Below, piece after piece: positions 49,301 through 61,475 of a stretch of DNA of 64,000 nucleotides. The notes under the pieces were generated by a model. It saw only the letters and a program-made list of their open reading frames with translations. It was not told where the DNA came from and did no database searches. Origin of the DNA: Botryllus schlosseri (Eukaryota); assembly GCA_051294905.1 (NCBI GenBank), contig CM119372.1, forward strand, positions 806,001-870,000, written 5' to 3'. Made by a program: the position numbers and the translations under genes. Every line of letters starts with the position of its first letter. Position 1 is the first letter of the stretch.

Positions 49301-52139
49301 CAATGAAAAGAAAGGAAGATGTCGAAGCGACAAGGAGTAGTCTATGGAATCTGACACCCACCTTGGCCTAGGCGATGTAAAAGAGGAGGCATGCACACTG
49401 AATGAAGGTAAAGAAGATAGTATAGAAAAAGAATGCGACAAGAAATAGGGCGGCATGTCATGGGAAGCGAGATCGATAGGTCAGTGTAGTGATGATGTGT
49501 TATGATGTAGTTACACCATAGCCATTATATTATATTATAAGGCTATATGGCTATACGGCCGTTCTCGCTGGTTACGTTCGTTGTTACGGATACGGCTGAT
49601 AAGTTAGAAAATCAGTTTAGGATGTATAATATTGTTCGGGAAACTAGAAATATCAGCACCGCATGCTCAGTTGACCATTTGCTAATGGCGGACAAGGCGA
49701 CCTGTAATAGGTTACAATAGGATACCGTTACGCGTTACTGGTTTTCTGAGATTCGTAGTAAACAGCCAACGCACAACTGTGACATCACAAGGAGCGTCTC
49801 GTTTAGTAAGTACAGTAAGTAGTGAACAACACTTGGGATAAATATCAATTTATACGAAATTAGACGGAAAAAAAAGGAACTATATGTACTGATAAATGTT
49901 TCTGTATGAAAGAGAAATAACCTAAGTCAAACATTATAACGTGGCCAGCAAATATTATTGGTGGCATGTCAGCGGATGAATACGACTTATTTCGAAATCG
50001 TTCGAGTGTCGTATCGTTATCTGACCATTATTGAGATTTGAGCAAAGGGTGATGCGAAGCTTGTTGTGCTTGAAGAAAGTGGACACGATCGTGGAAGATT
50101 CCTAGGAACGCTGAATGGGATACGCATCGTTAAAGGTACAGTACGACATAGTATTTGTTACCGTGAATATCTGCGACTGTGCAATGTGCACACCACTTTG
50201 ATTTCATGATTGAAATATTTCATTCTCCGCATTCTCTGTTCTATTTTGGGATACTAGTCGACTTATATAGTGACCTGTGACACCACATACTCCGCCGCGG
50301 AGGAGTTGAAACTGTTGGCTTGTTTATGTCATTTTCGGGCCATAGCATAGAGATGTTTTCATCCACTGCTGGATTTGTTTGGCACACATGCCACCTCATA
50401 TCCAGAGTGGAATTGGTGAGGATGAGGAACCTTTTGCTTCAATACATTGATAAAGTAAGTCATGAATCTCTGCTATATCATGTACAAGGCGGAGCCTTCA
50501 TCACACAATGTACCAGTACCGGTACTTCAAAACATGTTACCATATATTTTTGTTTGCCTATTTGTCTTGGTAGTCTTTATAATGTCATGTCTAGGTTAGG
50601 AACTTTGCTTTATATAGCGACTTACTCATGAATTCTTTTTAGTGGAACTGCAAGATACTAGTTACACAGAAGGAATGAGGAAGATAAAAAGAAACAATTG
50701 GAAGTTTCGCCGGTGGTGGAATTAATTCACCTTTTCTTGCGACCGCTCGTGTTACTGCATGTCTCCTAAAGAAGAATTAGACCTCCAGCAGCAATTCTTT
50801 TCCATCGATTACCACTTCATCGTGATATCAAGAATGAATATACAGTTTCTTCCAATGTCGTTTTGGGAGTGTGAAGAAAATTTTGCGATATTTTAGCATC
50901 GGGTTGCTTTGCGATAGGTATGGGTGTACGTGAATTTACAAGCTGGTATGTATCCTGATTTGCAGGGACAGCATGTAAGTAGGTAGGTAGGTAGGTAGGT
51001 AGGCGGTCTCGGTCTCAAATGTACAGGAGAACATGTAGATTGGATATACCCGGAGGGGACTGTAACATTACAGTCTGTCGTGTAAAGTGAGATTACCGGA
51101 CCAGTGTAAGTTGGATTTGCATTGACCAACGGTAATGTTAGATTACCACGAAATGTCTGGCTACCGTGCTTCCAAACATTTCGCGGTAAATCGAGGTTTT
51201 TATTTTTTACAGTGCAGATTTAGATTTTTGCTGTACCTTCTTCCTCTCGTGGACCCCCTCGGCCGATATTTGAGCCGAAATTGCCCCCTAATAGCAACCA
51301 GTTCGGTTACTAAAAAAGATCATTATTTTCTTGCGAAAGAAAAAATAGGCGAAAGCGATACTTCTAGCTGAAAAAAATTGTGAATAGCGAGACGCAAGAA
51401 AGTCTCCCTCTCCCTCTCTTCTTGAAAAAACACAATACTTCAACATGAAAAAACGTTGATTGCGAAAAAATATGATAGTCGCAAAATATGGCAATGTAGT
51501 AGTAGCGGAAATTTGAGACACTGCAGTAAGTACCGTACTGCAAGACTACTTGAGTACTGTGAAAAAGGTAGTGTTCTTCGTTACTGTATCCGCAATTGTT
51601 TTGTCTCTCTCTCTCTCTCTCTCAATACTTCTATTTCGCATCACCAGATTTTTGCGATTTGACATTAAATACCTAATCATTTTCCATTTTCGTTAGAATT
51701 TTGAACCAATTCCAGCCTTAACCAGATTTATACTTGAATTCGTGCACGAGAACAAATTAATTGTAGGATATGGATTTGGACCGACTCATCTCCGTCCATC
51801 GTAGGCTATACTCGCCTGCGCAAAAATGTCTTTTTCAATGAAATCGATGATAATCTCTTTCTCCTCCAGCATCGAACTCGCAACCGACATTTCAATCTTT
51901 TTCAAAAACACTCTGCGTATGAACGCGCTCGTGGTAGCAGGCACTATGCCGTGACACAAAAACTTCTCGTCCTCCACAACGAAAACCAAATCGCAAAGCT
52001 TCTGAGCCCGCCATAAGCGAACCAAGTTTTTCCAACTTCTGGTACAGTGCTGCTGACTAATCGAGTCGCAGTTACGCCAGTGGGAGCACGCTTCCCTTCG
52101 GCATGTCATCGTGGATTGTTTTGGCAGTTGTCGAGACAT
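28324..52139 (-). CDS. Kelch-like (BTB-BACK-Kelch) protein; exons 51816-52139, 47027-47178, 46562-46658, (46233-46262 possible), 45745-45926, 45150-45291, 44234-44415, 42241-42371, 41415-41558, 40667-40797, 39526-39770, 36750-36973, 28324-28484 (about 704 aa)
   Basis: BTB (LCDLVFVV...CHGIV...[12 protein letters not shown]), BACK ([12 protein letters not shown]...VRLQLL) and six kelch-type repeats ([38 protein letters not shown]). All intron phases are consistent. Confidence 0.88.
28637..29018. mobile_element. hAT-type MITE (AGGGTTACCA/GAGGAC family)
   Basis: TIR TAGGGTCACCA / TGGTAACCCTG; TSD tcttattg/acttattg. Other copies at about 3463-3720, 6725-6864, 21238-21568, 31688-31955, 43515-43888 and 52350-52803. 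Confidence 0.8.
29714..30688. mobile_element. hAT-type MITE (GACTCGAGTCAAGT family), compact copy
   Basis: TIR CAGTGTTGGGAT / ATCCCAACACTG and subterminal gagtcaagtc arrays; no TSD is evident. Confidence 0.8.
30931..31542 (-). CDS. DNLZ: DNL-type zinc finger protein (mitochondrial Hsp70 escort, Hep1/Zim17), intronless
   Basis: FTCTVC...[30 protein letters not shown]...[13 protein letters not shown], with a Ser/Arg-rich presequence-like N-terminus. The true start may be the ATG at 31518. Confidence 0.95.
   Translation of the reverse strand: MFCHSITIMLTTAYKLCHKLSGVLRGRIILSTTDVRLCSSIFVESSSCSGFKTPRLSRAIFARSFSGIFHSKDTHKDSSLLLQLNICNPQLISAYTSSKASHSNSSEGSIPIGKTDKSDSYALAFTCTVCEKRSGKHISKKAYHKGVVLVRCDGCENHHIIADNLGWFSDLKGKKNIEEILAERGEKVTKIGSDIVIEPKDSS
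32551..32723. mobile_element. Head-to-head inverted pair of Penelope pLTR fragments, each with a hammerhead motif
   Basis: Minus copy 32551-32628 (core CTAACGA...GAGA) and plus copy 32629-32723 (CTGACGA atgtcagcc GAAA). Confidence 0.8.
32744..33562 (-). CDS. SPATA4: Spermatogenesis-associated protein 4 (SPEF1-like CH domain), intronless, 272 aa
   Basis: [15 protein letters not shown]...[13 protein letters not shown]...[14 protein letters not shown]...[11 protein letters not shown]...[10 protein letters not shown] matches SPATA4 along its length as recalled. Confidence 0.92.
   Translation of the reverse strand: MPRTDNGVTRQSLPREVLKWLQSLDLSYPVKNARRDLANGFLVAEIFSWYFPQDIQMHSFDNGISLPTKLGNWSQLERFFVRKSLGIPKEMTDGTIHCKVGAAEILIQTIYSLLTNRIIQTLGTEPEIDFTDENYQLRLPIHARATASHSVKNNLKITEFMTEPNIITTQEKAHTIIAKHLKRRGLERLENPRRFNIKPTLGELATRNCPPDDMKSKSTGNSIKQVNPVQHDIRTEPGRRDYSYREIHVRQALEKPPSQQASKPLNSALSVA
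33640..33653. promoter_or_regulatory. Candidate RFX X-box upstream of SPATA4
   Basis: GTAACCAGGGCAAC (reverse GTTGCCCTGGTTAC) about 80 bp upstream of the ATG; weaker matches at 33835-33848 and 33979-33992. Confidence 0.6.
34673..36014. mobile_element. TIR element containing an inner foldback (about 34905-35840)
   Basis: Outer ends CAGGCGCGAAGCCAGGGGG / CCCCCTGGCTACGCGCATG; inner inverted arms at about 34905-35040 and 35709-35840, with aatcgcatctgc repeats. Confidence 0.65.
37866..38277 (-). mobile_element. Penelope-like element 3' fragment (GIY-YIG C-terminus + pLTR)
   Basis: Colinear reverse-complement match to about 48580-48972. Confidence 0.88.
37908..37941 (-). ncRNA. Minimal type I hammerhead ribozyme, intact core
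   Basis: Reverse strand reads ACCC CTGACGA G TGTCAGC C GAAA ATAT TC GGGT, identical to 48914-48947. Confidence 0.8.
38488..39211. mobile_element. Non-autonomous hAT/Charlie-like element
   Basis: Ends CAGGGGTGACCAACC / GGTTGGCCGGCCCTG; TSD GCCTAGGC (38480-38487, 39212-39219). It splits a LINE tail. A partial relative lies at about 42005-42181. Confidence 0.88.
42848..43996. mobile_element. hAT/Charlie-like element nested in an AATTAG MITE and hosting a GAGGAC MITE (43515-43888)
   Basis: Ends CGGAGGTGGCCAACCT / AGGTTGGCCCCCCCCCG; perfect TSD ttataagc (42840-42847, 43997-44004). Confidence 0.8.
47317..48972 (+). mobile_element. 5'-truncated Penelope-like retroelement (RT + GIY-YIG endonuclease + pLTR), pseudogenised
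   Basis: [45 protein letters not shown] motifs; [18 protein letters not shown] and SAIGKH...ALES GIY-YIG motifs. Stop at 48098-48100, frameshift near 48589, ORF end at 48812. Confidence 0.95.
48914..48947 (+). ncRNA. Minimal type I hammerhead ribozyme in the Penelope pLTR
   Basis: Stem I ACCC/GGGT, CUGACGA core, 1-bp G-C stem II with 7-nt loop, GAAA, palindromic AAUAUU stem III, UUC triplet (predicted cut after C48943). Hammerheads of this kind are known in PLE pLTRs. Confidence 0.82.
48981..51214. mobile_element. Non-autonomous CACTA/EnSpm-like element
   Basis: TIR CACTGTAAAAAAT / ATTTTTTACAGTG with 2-bp TSD CA; it contains a LINE tail (49237-49485) and (AGGT)n. Confidence 0.75.
50978..51003. 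repeat. (AGGT)n microsatellite
   Basis: agtaggtaggtaggtaggtaggtagg. Confidence 0.9.
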
Positions 52140-53233
52140 TTTCTATATATATTAGGGTATTGCCATTGTGACGCGATAATATCGACTTTGGTGATACAGA
52201 CTACTCGGTAAATTGGCCGCTATTGAATTATCCATGATTTAATTGAAGCCAGGCTTGGATAACTATATAATTCTAGATGTCTAATTTCACTAATTAGATC
52301 GAAATGTAGGTAATCTAGTTCTGATCAATTCGTGAATGTTTATTTGCTAAGGATACCATATCCTCTTTAAGGGGATTTGTCCTCTTTTCTCGAGAAATGT
52401 AAAATGTACTCCAAGAATGCCCAAATGTCCGCTTTTTCGTAATTCGTCTTCTTTTTATAGTTTTGATAGTCAGGCGACTGTACATAAAGACAACTACCAA
52501 ATGTCATAATAGATGTGAAAACTGGATTTCGACGGAATTGAAGCAAATTTAACATGAAATTTTCACACGAAACAATTATCGGGAGTGGAGCCGGAAAATG
52601 CCCATTTTTTAGTCAACCCCACCGAAATTGGAGGCGGAACCCGGCTTTTATGTATCGACTCCGAAAAATGACTCTTTTTTAGTGAATCCAATAACACTAG
52701 CCGTAGGAATTTCCAAATCTACCCGTTTACTCGTCTGCTATTATAACTTCAGTAACTTGTAAAAAGTGTCCTCTTTTTCGGACCTCAAAATATGGAAACC
52801 CTGTTATATGCTATCATTATAAAATTACTGTATATATCATCTTGGTTTTCTGAACATGCTACAGGAGAACTGCATAGCGCGACACGATCCAACTAGGTGC
52901 ACAGAGATTTAACATCCTCGTGCTAAAGTGAATGAACTCTGATTTGATAGCAACTAAACTAGATTTATGTTGTTGAACTGTGTTTATTGCTAATAATTTC
53001 ACCTTTTCGAAAACACCACAAGACTGCCATACGATGAAAATATAGGAAGGTGTCGAAACCACCTGGAGTAGTCTTTGAAGTCAAACACCCACCACGGCCT
53101 AGGCGAAGTAAAGGCGAGGCATGTACACTGAATGAAAAATAATAGAAGACAACATAACCTGGAAGCGAACCCGGAAATGAACTATGCTTAAAATATTGTG
53201 TTAAAAGAACTAACGATTGACACAAGTCTGCCA

Positions 53234-56200
53234 TTAAAGCTGATTAAATTCGATCAAGTTTTCCGAAAAAATGCGAATCAGAAATCTCCCTCCGTTTTTG
53301 TTGTAGAACCGGGAAGGCACAATGACGTAGTTTCCGGGCGATAGCGAAGCTGTGAGGGTAACTTCCCTTCTGTTTATGTATTTTCCAGATGAGAAAACGA
53401 GGGCACTTCGGTCGCGAAAGAATTCAGGTCCGAGTTTACTAGGAGGTTTTCCGTCGATCTGAAAACACGGAACAACATGAAACGAAATCCACACCAATAT
53501 CGGATTTTTGAGCCGGCCGATCACCTTTACCGATATCCCCGATATATTCAACCAATATGCAAAAGATACGGAATCTAGCTTTTTTCGAATTCGGGGTTTA
53601 ATTCAATTACCAAGTTTTTGCCAATTTAGGAATTTTAATCTAATTTGTGAAATGTTAGTATGCTAATATCACTTCTGGTTTTCCTGATCATGCCACAGGA
53701 GAACCGTACAGTGAGAAACGAGTCAAGCTCGGTGTACAGACATTTGTCGTTCTCGTGATTAAGGGATTGAACTCTGATTTGATATGAACTGAGCTTGATT
53801 TTTGTTGTATGTTTCTTTCTAATTCGGTAATTATAAATTAGTAATTCTAACTGTACTCTTATTTGAAAAAAAAACACTGCGTAGCTGTCATTCTACTTCT
53901 AATTGGGAAAAGCTGAAATATTCTCGCTGTCCAACTTTGTAGTCAAAAGCACCTGATACACGTCGATGGCCATGTAGAGATTTTCTCTTCCTTCGCTGCG
54001 GAAGTGGCGTTTGTCCTGTTGCATGAGGCCGAAGGACAAGTCGCATTTCCCCTCCTGCGACCAATCGTCTCGTTCGCGGTCGTAGTCGTCTGCCGACAGA
54101 GGGGAAACGCAGTGCTTGCACTTTTTACGAGTACTGATATAGGTTTTGACTTATTGCAGGCCACTAGGTAATCCAGTGGTTGTGGCTTTAGACTACTGCA
54201 GGCACACCTATACATTTTATTTTAGCAGAATCAATCACACTTTTCCATTTTTGGCTTTGAAAATGAAAAATGTGCTTTCAACACTTCTACCTATACTTTA
54301 TAACTTTAATGGAGTAAAAAATGTACGGAGTCACTTCTATTTCTACCTGCAGTGACTCTTGAATGTACATGACTTCAATATACAATTGAATGATATATTC
54401 GTATTGAAATGAACCCCTCACACTGACACTGACACTCGTCAGGGCTAATCGTCGGCAACCAAGTAGAAAATTAAAAAGAACAATGTACATCCATATTTAC
54501 ACTAATGACAACTTTAAAATATTGGTAATAACAATAACAACTTCTGACTACTTTGATCACATCTGTGTTCCCTCCCGTGCAGCCAGACAACCTCACCTGG
54601 TTGCAGCAAAGTCAGAAGGTATTGCGGGTTGAACGCAAAATCTCGCGCTTCTCTCCGGTGCGATCCCACGTTTCGTTGCCAAAAACCTTTCGTTTGCGTC
54701 ACACGCCATCTGTCTTTCCAGGTCCTGCCGGGAGCCGAAACAGCTCCCACGGTGCAGAACTTAATGCTTCCAAAGTATGACTTGAAATCTTCGAACGACA
54801 TCCAAAAAACTCCCTCATTCTTTTTACGGTATCCGATTTTACGTTTCTCTGCCAGACTTACTTCGGCCCAAAGTTCGGAGCTAAATTCGAATGTATTCTA
54901 TTAACCAGACTTGACAACAATTCTAGTTGTGACTAATTGGAGAAAAAGGCCGACAATCTAATTTGTGAAATGTTTTTATGCTCTCATTCAGTTTCTAATC
55001 TTCTTTTTGTTGTATTTCTGTCCAATTCAGTTTCCAAGTTTTTGCGGATTGCATAATTCTAATCCCAATGTGATTTGAGAAAAGAACTATGTATCTATAA
55101 TTCTATTTGTAATCTAATTCAGAAAAAGCTGACAATTTTGTAGTTGTCCAATTCCGGTATGTCCAGGTCGCTGCAATACTCTGCCGTGTAAATGAAAATA
55201 TCATTATCATGTATAACTGATATCACATACCGCATGCTGATCGGTACAAATGATGACGTCTCGAAAGCAGACTGGAAGCTTAAAATTCTCTCATAACATT
55301 ACTAATCTTATACAGATTCAGAAATGTTATAATATCTTCTCACCTGTCGGACCAATCTCCTGTCCATTCCTCGTCTCCGTACGGGTTCCGTATTTTCACC
55401 AACCGGATTATCGAGCCCCGGAAATGAATCTAAGAATGAAATGACTTGATGACGCATCGACCTTCACTTTTTAAAACTAGTTTAATGCTCACTCTGAACG
55501 CTCCCGTGACTGAGTAGGCGTGTAGCGATATCAAACCACGCTTATCTTTTGTTCCGCGGTACGTACACGTCATCAAGGTGTTGTTCTTGTAAGCTCTGCA
55601 AAATCAAACCGGACATACTTTGCATCAGGGATATCTAGCAGCGGGCTGCGTGAAACCACATTTGCTGGTAAGATGAACCTATAGTCCGGGTGGTCTGACT
55701 TTAATGACATTTGAGGTACAGAGCTTAATAGCATATTCATTAAGCTTAATCTCAATTTACTATAAAGAAATAGAACTACGAAAATATTAAATTGAGCTTA
55801 AGCCATCTTTTCGCCTCGATTATTCGAATTTTCTTGCCGTATCGTACCAACTGGAATTTTGTATAATATTGTTGATTTGTACGGCTAGCGAATAAAAACT
55901 TATCGCTATTTCGGATGTAGCTACATATTCGTTTGTAACCAAGGATTGAGAATTAGCCTCGTCGCGACTGCTTCACTGCAATTTGAATTACGAATCATGA
56001 TCGGCACGATCTGCGATTTTGGTACAAAGTTGGCAAACTTTGGCAACCAGATTCCTAGCTTTCAGAAGGATTCCACATGAATGCACGTCGCAAGACCAAG
56101 GGTTAGTTTTTGCTTTGTCATGGGCGCATTGCTGACGTACAAGGAAATCGCGTTAGTTGGCCGCTTCCCGTCGCGATTATTATTCATACGATGAATTTGC

Positions 56201-59200
56201 AATCGACTTCATTTTGCGTCGAACTTGATTTTGACTGCGGTTTGACATTTCAATCGATAACGAAAGTTAGGACATGGGCAATTTCTGACTTGCGATTTGA
56301 TTGTCGCAATCTAAATTTAATACTCGTAATATTCCTATGCATAGCTTACATATTGCGTTCAAATAGATGTGATTTGAATTCAGCCTTGACCACTCGCTAA
56401 AAGTGAGAGCACTGGGAAAGGACACACGTGGGCAACAATATAATAAATTGAACTATACATAGCCCTCTTTGATTTTTAATCCATTTCTTTCTAATTAGGA
56501 AATTAATATTCAATTTCCAAGTCTTTGCGAATTCAGTAATTCGAGTTGTCATCTAATTTGAAAAATAAACACTGTGTAGCTATCATTATAATTCTAATCT
56601 ATATTGAAGAAGCTGAAAATATTGTAGTTCCGCAATTCTGCAACACGACTCCCTGGTAGTCGAACGTAGGCTACCGGTGGCCCCGTGCCACCCACCGAAA
56701 CACAAAAACTTACTTCGTCATTCTACTGAATAAGTCCGGATGCGCGTCATCCCCGAGATCGTACTGAACGGAAAGGCCGCCGGTCAGATCCTCCATCGAT
56801 TCCAGCGTGAAACCGCCGTCGATGGCTTCGTAGCTCCCGTAGAGACTGAAAAGGAGCTGATTTCGATCAATGTTACTCAAGTTTATAGAATCAGCAGTGG
56901 AAGTGAGGCAGTAAATTTATCGTCAAAATTATTACAAGTGGAAAATGAAAAGTCTTACAAGTTCAAAAAGTAGATTTGGTCGAGGATTCGCATACTTTTG
57001 GCAGTCCGTCGGAGTCGGCTACTTTCAAAATTTACAGATGTATTTTCGATAGTAGCATAGAGTATTAACACTCCAAATTAAGGTCACATTCTTAAATATG
57101 TATTCGGTTAACACGACAGAGGATATTTCACGTTGTTCTTACGACTCACTCATAAAGTTGATGCAAACTCATCACAAAATAATTTTCTGCTCTTTCCAAA
57201 ATGCAAAAGTGAAAATACCTTGAGTAGTTTTGACTAAAAACTAGCCAAGTAGAAGTTGGAAGTGAGTGTAGTCTATAACATGAACAGTTGAGTAAGTATA
57301 GTACTAGTAGGCAAAACCTACTTGATTACACGGAACAAGTGCAAGTAATTGCTTCCTGGCCACCTCAGCTGGTGTAATATTTTAAAGATATCTATATCAA
57401 ACCGTGCGAACGCCTTTTCAATCAAGGCGACCCAAAATTCGTTTCTGTCCAAGCACTGTCCGAAGACAAGTCTCCCATTCCTTGTCGGAAGCATGTCGTT
57501 GATAATGACTGCTGTCCACTCTCCAAACGTCCAAAACCTCACGTAATAATAACCCATTGCAGCTGCAGGTGAGTTGGCGTCCTGTCCGAGTGGTAACACC
57601 TGTTCAAGATAATATTTAGGGCTTGGCCAAATCGAGTAAATGGCGGATTTGATTCTGAACCAAGTACCAGGCTTTGAGTCTAGTATTCGAGTGTCACTTT
57701 TTATGAAATATGTGGAAAGTTCAAATAATATGCACCTTTTATGCGACAACAGAAATATGATGTCGATTCTAAATCACATTAAAGATAATTCAGTGTTTCG
57801 TCACTGTGCCAAGCCCTATAGTAGGCCTACAGGTGAATGCTACCTATAGATCAGAATATAGTTATATTGCTAACGTGGTTCAAGAAGCTTTGTCGTTTCG
57901 CGAGTGCTGCGAGTGAGGCCAGAAACCAGCAGTCTCCCAACTCGCCTTGAATAATGTCTTGAGTCGTGGCGCCGTCTACCCGGACTTTTGCGTTTGGAGA
58001 TATCTCCTGTAATGTTGTATCGTTATACTGATCAAATCGCGTTCTGTTCTTATGTCCAGAGATGTGGAGCTAGAAAACTTTCGGCTTGTCCAAGTCATAT
58101 ATGATAAGAATGGTAGCTATATCAGTTTTTTTCCTAAAAGATTAGAAGTATTAGAGTGATGACTACACACTTTATCAAATTAGTTTAGAATTAGAATGAT
58201 AGCTACAAATATTTTTTTTCAAATTATATTTCAAATAGCAATTGAATTCGATTCCTAATTAAAACGAAATGCAGCAAAATCAGGGTCAGTTCATATCAAA
58301 TTAGAGTTCATTTTCATAAGCATGAGAATGGCAAATGTCTGTACATCAAGCCTGGTTTGTTTCTCGCTTTGCAATTCTCCTGTAGCATTTTCAGGAAAAC
58401 AAGTAATTAGATTACAAATAAAATGAGAGCTAGTTGCGAGAGCTAGTTGCTAAGATATACTCCAACGACTACGGCAAAGTTGAGTCCTAAACTCTGACAC
58501 GGCAACTTACGTTTGGTCGCATCCATTGTAGGTTCGTCAAAAATCGGTAAGGCTTCTCGCTGTAATAAAGCGAGGAATCGTTTTCAGGGAATTCCGGATC
58601 AGTCATGCAAGGCTCCATTCTGCGGACGTTTTCTCGCATTGTCCTTCTGTACAATTGATAGCTCTGTGGAAGATACTGCCCGCTGTAGGTAGTCGTATGT
58701 ATAGCTAAGTCGCATATAGGAATAGTTGGAAAGTAGGATTAATATCGTAAATTTCTACTCAAGTATACAAGTAGGCCTACAAGCAGTGATTTCCAACTCA
58801 TGTCGAACCTAATCCAAGTAGAAATAGTCATCGTTGGGACTCATATAGAAGTAGAAGTATATGGTACATTTCTAATCAACTATGAGATTACAAGTAGCTA
58901 TTTCTAACTCATGTCAAAACTATTGTGAGTGGGGAAGTAGAAAATGAACGTACGTAAATTATACTCATACATGGAATTTCAAAAAGTAGATCTGGTCGAG
59001 TCGAGACAAAAATGTAAGTAGTTTTGACTAAGAAACTGTACACGTAGAAGTAGGAGTTGTATAAAGCAAAATCATTTGATAAAGTAGTGCAAGTATCAGC
59101 AAAACCTACTTGAGTCCTCCGACAAGGTAAAAGTACTTCGCTACTGACCACCTCTGAATTGGTGCCTATATCAACTCAGTTTATAACATTGGACTCAAAT

Positions 59201-59359
59201 CGCCTGTAACGCTGAAGTTCTCGAGTATACTGACATAGGTACTCATTGCTCTGCTGCTTACCTTAGCGCTACTTTGCAGGAAGTTCTGATCCAGGAATGG
59301 GCTCCATTTTCGCTGGAGATACGTCGATTCGTCTCGTCGCCTCTCATTAAGTCTCTCAT
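53234..59359 (-). CDS. Atypical calpain A (CysPc + CBSW only); exons 59262-59359, 58511-58682, 57875-58006, 57403-57599, 56714-56845, 55493-55595, 55344-55429, 54597-54880, 53953-54089, 53234-53458 (about 521 aa)
   Basis: DPEFP, WMRP, QGELGDCW (Cys), FWVALIEKAFA, LYGSYEAIDGG, EDLTGG, HAYS (His), RNPYG (Asn), FWMSFEDF, NPQY and GNYVIVPS motifs; all GT-AG introns with consistent phases. The first exon and start codon are least certain. Confidence 0.9.
54372..54490 (-). mobile_element. Penelope pLTR fragment whose hammerhead has lost its GAAA half
   Basis: Reverse strand reads gcccTGACGAgtgtcagtgtcagtgtgaggggttcatttcaata; GAAAATATTC is absent. Confidence 0.65.
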
Positions 59360-61475
59360 ATGTCATATCTGAGAACACTTCCGATGGTTCCCAACAGTTG
59401 AATATCACAACTAGCCACGAGCTGTTGCATATAAGGGCTCGGCAAAGTCGAGTATAGGCCTACCTGAGTGATTCTATTCTGAATCGAGTATTAGGCGTAA
59501 CAGCATCATGAGTGATGTGGAAGGTTCAAACTTGAACCTTTTACGCGACTACAAAGAATATAATTCCAGCTGTACATCACATATCTTTAGCTATTTTTTT
59601 ACCGACAGCTTAGTGACAAAGCTGTGGTTTGATCACGCCATGGAAATGCTATTTCCGCAAACGTGGGTAGCTTTGTGCTACACGTTACACGCCAATCGAG
59701 GTTTACAGTCTGTCACAGTGTTTTAGAAACTACAATATATATATAATTTACTCTGATCGCCAAGGTGCGTATAATTCCAGTACTCGAAAAACCATCTCTC
59801 ACGAAAACACATCGCTCTATAAAGTATGCCTGACCTGTATAGCGTGGAACATCGTCTCGTCGGCTATCCGACAGCCTTGTCTACATGCAAATCGAAATAC
59901 AAGCAATTTTTACTGAATCAATACTAGTCTGCCGTCAAGATTATCGAGCCACAATCTGACATGACCTCGCCTATCGACACAGGCAGCATTCATTTTTGTC
60001 GATTCCTTTTATGTATCCTTTCTTAAATCCAGTGTGCCTGCCTCCTATTTGCATGCTATGGGCCAAGGTGGGTGTCTGATTAAAAGACTACTCCAAGTCG
60101 TTTCGGCACCCTCCTTTCTTTTCATTATATCGCAATCTTGTGGTGTATTGATTTGATAAAAATTTCAATAAAATGATGATTATGACGCTCAAACTTGAAT
60201 CACTAGAATTAATCCTCAAATTAGATTTAAGTACTCGAACCGTTGTGCCCAGCCATATTGCACAGAAAACGGATGTTCCTATTATATATTTTCAACACTT
60301 AAGCCTCTGCAATTCTGCAAATGGCAGCGATCTGCATGTTTACAGTTTGATATGACAACTAATTCTGCCATTGAACGCCTGGTTAGACAACACAAAACAC
60401 GAATTGGAATTAATCATATTCAAATCAAAGTTGCTGTTACAGATTGATGACGAACGAACAGTCACCGGTTAAAACTACGTCCGGAAAGGCATTGCGACAC
60501 CCGAACGGAGGTTTTGCGACGTGATTATTCACGACGATCTCTTCTTCGAATGAGGCTATATCGTTCCATGTTAGATTCCCGCCGACAAGCAATTCCCTGT
60601 CCAGTTCAGAGGTTCCAAACCACACTGTTCATTTCTATCCTCACACAAAAGAACTCGGTGCTATGGCCAGCGTGGCACTGTAGGAAATCCCTCGTGTTTT
60701 TTCGTGTCTATTACAATATGATGTGCATCACATAAAATTGCTGCTATGCAAAGTGGACAACTAGAAAATTTACAAATTCACGAAAACAAGGAAATTGAAT
60801 TAAATTCTGAATTAGAAAGAAATGCACCCAAAATCAAGCTCAGCGCATATCAAATCATGGGTTCATTCTTACAAGCATGATAATGACAAATATCTGTACA
60901 GAAAGCTTGGTTCTTTTCGCACGATGCAGTTCTCTTGTAGCATTTTCAGGAAAACCAGAAATTATATCCTAATTGAAAATGAGAAAATGTAAACATTTGA
61001 CAATTTTGATTAAAATTGGATTACCGACATTTCGCTTTAATTAATCTCACTTGGTGGTTCCCAAAGCGGGCGATTTTGAGAGACGGCGCAAAAAGAATGT
61101 TGGACCAGAAGTAGTAAATAAGGAAAATTACTTGAGTACGTAGATAGGACCTCCTTGAATACTACGTAAAAGTAGAAGAATAATCTTACGATGGCCTTCG
61201 GTCTTTAGGGGAGCGATAAAGACATTTTGAGGTTGATGAGGGGGCGATGTTTGGGAACCACTGGTTTAATTATTCCAACTATTATCTAGCTGTCCAAGCC
61301 TGCTACTGTGTTTCGATATAATTACAGTGATACTAAAAGCTGTTAACGTTTTGTGACGTCATTTGGACAAAGCAGCATAGTCGCGCGACGAGCACCGACT
61401 CCATTGCATTGGCGTGACTTCTGTCCAGCTCAGTTAAGTTCTCAGTTTCAACTTAAATGCTGAAATCATTTCTCT

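Noticed and set aside
59181..59408. Listed ORF MTYERLN... as the calpain N-terminus
   Set aside because: Its phase does not match the next exon; the frame starting at ATG 59359 does.
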